32,000 nt of DNA, from assembly GCF_025273655.1 (NCBI RefSeq), contig NZ_CP045921.1, forward strand, positions 750,001 through 782,000. Direction: 5' to 3'. Numbering within the stretch: position 1 is the first letter of the stretch; each line of letters starts with the position of its first letter. Source of the DNA: Candidatus Saccharimonadota bacterium (GTDB lineage Bacteria; Patescibacteriota; Saccharimonadia; Saccharimonadales; Saccharimonadaceae). Below, piece after piece: positions 27,175-32,000 of the stretch. Made by a program: the position numbers and the translations under genes. The notes under the pieces were generated by a model. The model had not been told where the DNA came from. It searched no databases and was given only the letters and a program-made list of their open reading frames with translations.

Positions 27175-27256
27175 CCACTTTATCTTACATCAAATCCAGG
27201 GGCATACACTTTGAAACTTTTACGGCACACTGCATTAAGCTTATGATTGCATGTTT

Positions 27257-27284
27257 TTGACCGTACTGCTACATTATGTATAAG
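27257..27284 (+). promoter_or_regulatory. Candidate sigma70-type promoter (TTGACC-16 nt-TATAAG) for the 98-aa membrane protein
   Basis: The sequence reads ttgacc gtactgctacattatg tataag. An SD (ggtggag) lies 6 nt before the ATG at 27309. Confidence 0.4.
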
Positions 27285-27308
27285 TAACTAAACATGGTGG
27301 AGTAATCT

Positions 27309-27605
27309 ATGAAACAGCGAGTCGTAGTACTGGGTATCGTCTTTTTGCTACTCTTTGCATTGGCCAAATCCGGTATCATCGATTCACTGTTTATCTTCCT
27401 GCTCGTCGGCGCCATACCGGGCACAACCTGGTCATTGCCAGCTAGTTTTATGCTCACAGTATCGTTTGTGGCCGTCACCCTTCTGGCGATCCGCTACACC
27501 ATCGTCGCAATCCTCGACGAGCGAGACCTGCGGCGCCGCACGCAGAAATACATCGCCCGGCGCGAGCGTATGCCAAAGAAGCGCTTTCGCTCTATTCCTC
27601 GCTAG
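27309..27605 (+). CDS. Hypothetical small membrane protein with a basic C-terminal tail
   Basis: The 98-aa product has 2-3 hydrophobic helices and then RDLRRRTQKYIARRERMPKKRFRS. An SD is present. Its 3' end overlaps sbcB by 14 nt. Confidence 0.5.
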   Translation: MKQRVVVLGIVFLLLFALAKSGIIDSLFIFLLVGAIPGTTWSLPASFMLTVSFVAVTLLAIRYTIVAILDERDLRRRTQKYIARRERMPKKRFRSIPR

Positions 27606-29025
27606 TATCCGGCTCGGCTGGCTCTGGCATGATCGATTCAAACCATAGTTTGAGCTCGGTGAGCACGAACTGCTGATGATCGGTCAACTCAGCAGCAGCG
27701 ACTTTCTGCATATCCTGCATGAACTGCGGCGCTTTTGCCTGCAGATGTGCGGCTCGCCACGTTTCGTAACTCGCCAACTCCTCCGGTGTCGACTGCCGCG
27801 GAAAATTACGAGCTTTGTAGCGAGGGAAGAGCGCGGACAGGCGCGCATCATCGAACTCTGGTTTGTAGAGTTTGAGATCTTTCATGTCCGTATTGCGCAG
27901 CACTTCACTACGGAGTTTGTCACGGTCGCTTATGAAGCCATCGTACAGTTGCCCCTCTGCATCAGATATCGGTGGCCAGTCGGGCTTCTTCATAAGTACG
28001 TTCGCCACTCGCCCGGCGAATTCAGGATGCGAGAGGAGTAGTGCACGATGTTTTTCTATTGTCGCTTGGTTGAGTTGTAGCTTGGCCCAGCCGTCTTCTT
28101 GACTTAGCACGCCGAGGGGTGCCACTGCTGGCGCACGGTTGTATTGCAGCTTCTTTACAGGCAGCTTCCGATAGTCATCACCGCGATCGGCGTATGGAGT
28201 AAACAGAATATCGGCCAACTCTTTCTCGCTCTTACTGGTCCAATCCGTCGGATCGTAACGTAGATCATACACAAACACATTGCCATAATCTGCCGCGGCG
28301 AGTGGAAGCGCTACGGTCGTCTTATCGTGGTCGGCATCATAGCGACCCGAGCTGTAGACAAACGGCTGCTTGTCGTCGAGATTTACCAATTTCTGAATCT
28401 CTTTCTTGTTACGAAGTTTGAGAAGATACTGGAAAAGTTGCGGCTGCTGCGCGGCGATCAGTTTCGTCACGCCGATCAGTGCTACCACATCGCTTAGTGC
28501 ATCGTGCGCTTTCTCATGCGCTAGCCCGTTTTCTGCGCTCAGAAGCTCGAGCTTATTAACAGCTTTGCCGTCAACTGTCGGCCATTTGATACCATCTGGT
28601 CGCAGTGCCCGCGTCATGCGCACCACGTCGAGCATATCCCAGCGCGAACGACCGTCTTTCCAGGTCCATTCGTACGGATCGTAATAATTTCGCCACAAAA
28701 ACGCACGCATAAACTCATCGTCGAAACGGATACTGTTGTAACCCAGCATGATAGTGTCCGGCGTAGCGATCTCCTCCATGAAGATCTTGGCAAACTGTGC
28801 CTCGGTATAGCCGTCTGCCACCGTTTCCTGTGGCGTCACACCTGTCACCATGAGTGCATACGGACTTGGCAGTGTATCGTCGTTTAGCGCTACCAGCAGA
28901 TTGTACGACTCGCCTATTGGGTTGAAATTCATGTCAGTGCGCTGCCCGGCGAACTGCATGATCCGGTCTTCGCGCGGGTTGAGGCCGGTCGTCTCGAGGT
29001 CGTAAAAGAAGAAAGTTTGTGCCAT
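27592..29025 (-). CDS. sbcB: Exodeoxyribonuclease I
   Basis: It has a DEDDh exonuclease N-terminus (FFFYDLETTGLNPREDRIMQFAG, ...HDALSDV) and ExoI SH3-like/C-terminal regions. At 477 aa the length is typical. Confidence 0.85.
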   Translation of the reverse strand: MAQTFFFYDLETTGLNPREDRIMQFAGQRTDMNFNPIGESYNLLVALNDDTLPSPYALMVTGVTPQETVADGYTEAQFAKIFMEEIATPDTIMLGYNSIRFDDEFMRAFLWRNYYDPYEWTWKDGRSRWDMLDVVRMTRALRPDGIKWPTVDGKAVNKLELLSAENGLAHEKAHDALSDVVALIGVTKLIAAQQPQLFQYLLKLRNKKEIQKLVNLDDKQPFVYSSGRYDADHDKTTVALPLAAADYGNVFVYDLRYDPTDWTSKSEKELADILFTPYADRGDDYRKLPVKKLQYNRAPAVAPLGVLSQEDGWAKLQLNQATIEKHRALLLSHPEFAGRVANVLMKKPDWPPISDAEGQLYDGFISDRDKLRSEVLRNTDMKDLKLYKPEFDDARLSALFPRYKARNFPRQSTPEELASYETWRAAHLQAKAPQFMQDMQKVAAAELTDHQQFVLTELKLWFESIMPEPAEPDTSEE

Positions 29026-29034
29026 CTATGTACT

Positions 29035-29040
29035 ACTATA
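29035..29040 (-). promoter_or_regulatory. -10 box TATAGT, 9 nt upstream of the sbcB ATG
   Basis: The minus strand reads gtgTATAGTagtacatagATG. Confidence 0.4.
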
Positions 29041-29097
29041 CACGATCCCTCTGTCATTCTTGCTTCGATCCAGAGTAACAGATGGAGACTTTTGCCC

Positions 29098-29129
29098 AAA
29101 AAAGCGAAGAGTCCTGCTAGGCAGGACTC
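29098..29129 (-). terminator. Rho-independent terminator closing the GC-rich unit
   Basis: The minus strand reads gagtcctgc-cta-gcaggactc followed by ttcgctttttt. It lies just upstream of the sbcB promoter. Confidence 0.6.
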
Positions 29130-29295
29130 GTATGTGCGGATGGTTTAGATACATCGGTCGTGGCCCGCAGGAGGCGCAGCTAAATCAATCGATATACATC
29201 GAGATTACTGCAGCACTCACTGCGGACCGCACGTGTTCCGGAATCAACCTGCTCGCAATGCAGGGAGCCGTAGAACACAAAATACAAAGTTGGGT

Positions 29296-29348
29296 GGCCA
29301 CCCAGGACGATGAGACGATCGATTGTCTCCGGCGCGTCCTGGGTGGCC
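29296..29348. repeat. 14-bp perfect inverted repeat (ggccacccaggacg / cgtcctgggtggcc), 25-nt spacer with a nested 5-bp stem
   Basis: The arms are 29296-29309 and 29335-29348. The spacer contains gagac-gatcgatt-gtctc. The left arm is part of the palindrome tgggtggccaccca. Confidence 0.8.
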
Positions 29349-29563
29349 CGGTGTTCCCTACGATGGCAAAGCTGATGCTCTACCTGGGCGGCGACCGGAT
29401 AGCCACTTGTACTCCTTCCGAAAAAATCATTCGACAGAGTTCCTGGCGGACGTCAGGAAATCGACAGGTGTCCGCTGTAGCATGAACCACCGGGGCTCAT
29501 CGCGGATGCGGTGCATCCAAATCTCCTTTCAGTAAACTTCGGGCACGCGGCACCGGCTGATGG

Positions 29564-29731
29564 TCAGGACTTGGAACTGATTCCGACGTCGGGGACGCCG
29601 CCGATCGCGGTGCCGGACAGGTAGCCGCTGGTGAGAACGCCGGAGGTGACGAGGGGCTCGAAGCCGGTCTGGTTGACCTTGGCGATTTCGGGACTCTTCT
29701 TCAGGGAGATGGTGGAACCGGAGGGGGCCAT
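29564..29731 (-). CDS. Candidate 55-aa Gly/Ser/Thr-rich small protein, no family recognised
   Basis: The product is MAPSGSTISLKKSPEIAKVNQTGFEPLVTSGVLTSGYLSGTAIGGVPDVGISSKS. An SD (aggag) lies 5 nt upstream of the ATG. 48 of 54 internal codons end in G/C. Confidence 0.45.
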   Translation of the reverse strand: MAPSGSTISLKKSPEIAKVNQTGFEPLVTSGVLTSGYLSGTAIGGVPDVGISSKS

Positions 29732-29778
29732 GATGGCTCCTGTTCTGCGCCGAAGCACATTGTTGGGTACCAGACTGG

Positions 29779-29832
29779 ATTGTGTCGGGCTTCACACTCA
29801 CCCACTTAGATGACCACAAAGCCCGACACAAT
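29779..29832. repeat. 14-bp perfect inverted repeat (attgtgtcgggctt / aagcccgacacaat), 26-nt spacer, in the sORF leader
   Basis: The arms are 29779-29792 and 29819-29832. A TAGAAT hexamer (minus strand) overlaps the promoter-proximal arm by 2 nt. Confidence 0.8.
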
Positions 29833-29914
29833 TCTACAAACTTGTATGAAGTATCTAAATTGTCAACGTACATGTACCAAAGGAAGTATGCACCTCAACT
29901 TTAGCATTGTATAC

Positions 29915-29943
29915 ATATTAGCATATTTTGTATTTTTTGTCAA
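29915..29943 (-). promoter_or_regulatory. Near-consensus sigma70 promoter: TTGACA - 17 nt (ending TGc) - TAATAT
   Basis: The minus strand reads ttgaca aaaaatacaaaatatgc taatat. It starts 10 nt after the obg stop and fires toward the GC-rich unit. Confidence 0.55.
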
Positions 29944-29952
29944 TTATATTTC

Positions 29953-31269
<1,317 letters not shown>

Positions 31270-31271
31270 TT

Positions 31272-31280
31272 ATTATAGCA
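31272..31280 (-). promoter_or_regulatory. Extended -10 (TGcTATAAT), 11 nt upstream of the obg ATG
   Basis: The minus strand reads ttTGcTATAATaaatagctgatATG. Confidence 0.45.
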
Positions 31281-31281
31281 A

Positions 31282-31309
31282 AATTGCCTCTATATTGATA
31301 GAGGCAATT
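31282..31309 (-). terminator. Hairpin terminator downstream of the CHAP hydrolase gene
   Basis: The 11-bp perfect stem is aattgcctcta/tagaggcaatt with a 6-nt loop, followed by a short T-run on the minus strand. Confidence 0.5.
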
Positions 31310-31332
31310 TGCGTATTTGTCAAACCTAGATC

Positions 31333-32000
31333 CTAGTGAATAAAGTTGTAGTTACTAGCTTGGCTCATAGGAATAGTACGACTCGAGACAACATTGAAGC
31401 CTGCGTAATTCATCTCACTGATCGTAAATGAATCTCCATTGATTGTTTCTACAATTGCAACGTGTCCGTAACCAGCATAGCCACCACCATTTTGCAGGAT
31501 TGCGCCCGGTGCAGGTGTCTTGTTCACAGTGAAGCCTGCCGCCTGTGCATTGATAGCCCAGGTCGAAGCGTTACCCCAGAAGCTACCGATAGGGCGACCC
31601 AGTTGAGCACGGCGCTCATATGCGTACCATGTACAGTTACCAAATGCATAACGGTTGCCGACAGATGCAGACGCGTTTGCAAGTCCCGCCGTGCTACTGA
31701 ATGAGCCTGTACTTTGGCCATTCGACATTTGTGTAGAAGCGGCCGCTGGAGTCGACGCAGGGTCGGCTGGCTTTTGGCCGCCAGGCACGATGAGTTGCAT
31801 ATTGCCATGAATTCCATTTACCTCGAGATCATTGAAGCTAACAATACGCTCAGGCTGCGTCTTCATCTGATCGGCAATCGATTGAACCGAATCTCCGTCT
31901 TTCGTAGTATAGAGCACGCCATCGACCGGCAAGATGACAACATCTCTTCCGGCTTCAACCGCGTCCGACTGAAGGTTATTTGCCCATTTAACAGTCTGCG
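31333..32000 (-). CDS. LysM-like + CHAP (NlpC/P60 superfamily) peptidoglycan hydrolase, 5'-truncated by the window edge
   Basis: It has a CHAP domain (FGNCTWYAYERR...GYGHVAIVE) preceded by LysM-like segments (YTTKDGDSVQSIADQM...). The reading frame stays open upstream of the track's TTG to position 32000. Confidence 0.8.
   Translation of the reverse strand, partial: QTVKWANNLQSDAVEAGRDVVILPVDGVLYTTKDGDSVQSIADQMKTQPERIVSFNDLEVNGIHGNMQLIVPGGQKPADPASTPAAASTQMSNGQSTGSFSSTAGLANASASVGNRYAFGNCTWYAYERRAQLGRPIGSFWGNASTWAINAQAAGFTVNKTPAPGAILQNGGGYAGYGHVAIVETINGDSFTISEMNYAGFNVVSSRTIPMSQASNYNFIH

Noticed and set aside
29060-29485. 141-aa plus-strand ORF in the GC-rich locus.
   Set aside because: It has a TTG start and no SD. 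It reads straight through the minus-strand terminator hairpin (29109-29129) and contains the 14-bp inverted repeat IR2. G+C-rich DNA readily yields long spurious frames. I keep it only as an alternative to test by BLASTX (internal Met at 29132).
29564-29731. Reading the 55-aa peptide as a RiPP or bacteriocin precursor: lasso, lanthipeptide, linear azol(in)e-containing peptide (LAP), or double-glycine leader.
   Set aside because: There is no Cys for lanthionine or thiazole chemistry. No Asp/Glu sits at core position 7-9 after a Thr(-2) for a lasso ring. The ...AIGG context does not fit the double-glycine leader consensus spacing. No modification enzyme or C39-peptidase transporter is adjacent, and the ABC exporter at 18600 lacks a C39 domain. 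A resemblance of the FEP motif to LAP leaders is noted but unsupported.
29831-29866. Second TTGACA (minus strand, 29866-29861) with a TAGAAT hexamer (29836-29831) as an additional promoter.
   Set aside because: The spacer is 24 nt, far from the 16-18 nt needed. At 17 nt the hexamer is AAGTTT. TAGAAT alone, adjacent to IR1, could still act as a -10 box, but I cannot support that.
29529-29873. 114-aa minus-strand ORF and the 60-aa plus-strand ORF (29631-29813) overlapping the sORF.
   Set aside because: The 114-aa product is Arg/Pro/His-rich (…RRPRRRNQ…), typical of off-frame translation of GC-rich coding DNA, and it has no SD. The plus-strand ORF shares third-codon positions with the sORF (a shadow frame) and runs through IR1.
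29098-29952. Could the GC-rich segment be tmRNA, RNase P RNA, SRP RNA or another known structured RNA?
   Set aside because: I looked on both strands for hallmark strings:
- tmRNA: a 5' GGGG...GGTTTCGAC-type start, a tRNA-like 3' end with TTCGAATCC/TTCAAATCC and CCA, and an ...ALAA tag ORF;
- RNase P: GAGGAAAGTCC and ACAGAAnCCGGCTTA;
- SRP: GTCAGGTCCGGAAGGAAGCAGC.

I found none. A covariance-model scan is still needed.

Overview
The window is gene-dense, mostly minus-strand bacterial chromosome. I call 33 protein-coding genes and one tRNA, and I saw no rRNA genes or CRISPR arrays.

From left to right it holds:
- the 3' part of a large serine recombinase, whose stop codon lies inside the 3' end of a convergent tRNA-Leu(GAG). 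This looks like the edge of an integrated element;
- a housekeeping block: peptide-type solute-binding protein, secG, a 4-TM holin-like protein, an M24 aminopeptidase, uvrC, tspO, a short-form gnd and pgl;
- an accessory stretch at about 9.1-20.4 kb: LiaF-like protein, Erm-like rRNA methyltransferase, DUF1697, a tightly coupled run of PhnB-like/DUF4287/VOC/2xDUF1801/orphan/DUF2177 genes, AlkA-like glycosylase, a dCMP-deaminase-like protein, trhO, an MFS transporter, DUF2127 and an ABC exporter;
- an orphan SF2 helicase with a repetitive C-terminal extension;
- rplY (Ctc form), dedA, uvrA, a small membrane protein, sbcB, obg, and a LysM/CHAP cell-wall hydrolase that runs off the right edge.

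The most unusual locus is about 0.85 kb between sbcB and obg (29098-29952). It is G+C-rich and compositionally foreign, and it forms a self-contained minus-strand unit:
- a near-consensus promoter;
- two 14-bp perfect inverted repeats;
- a 55-aa Gly/Ser/Thr-rich sORF with a strong Shine-Dalgarno (SD) and extreme GC3 codon usage;
- about 430 nt with no credible ORF;
- its own terminator.

A second window-wide pattern concerns translation starts. The first gene of most transcription units has a TATACT/TATAAT-type -10 box only 6-12 nt upstream of its start codon and no SD, which implies leaderless mRNAs. Genes internal to operons carry strong SD sequences.

The gene content suggests a small-genome, possibly Saccharibacteria/CPR-like bacterium. 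That is inference only. All calls rest on reading the sequence and recalling protein families, and no database search was run.
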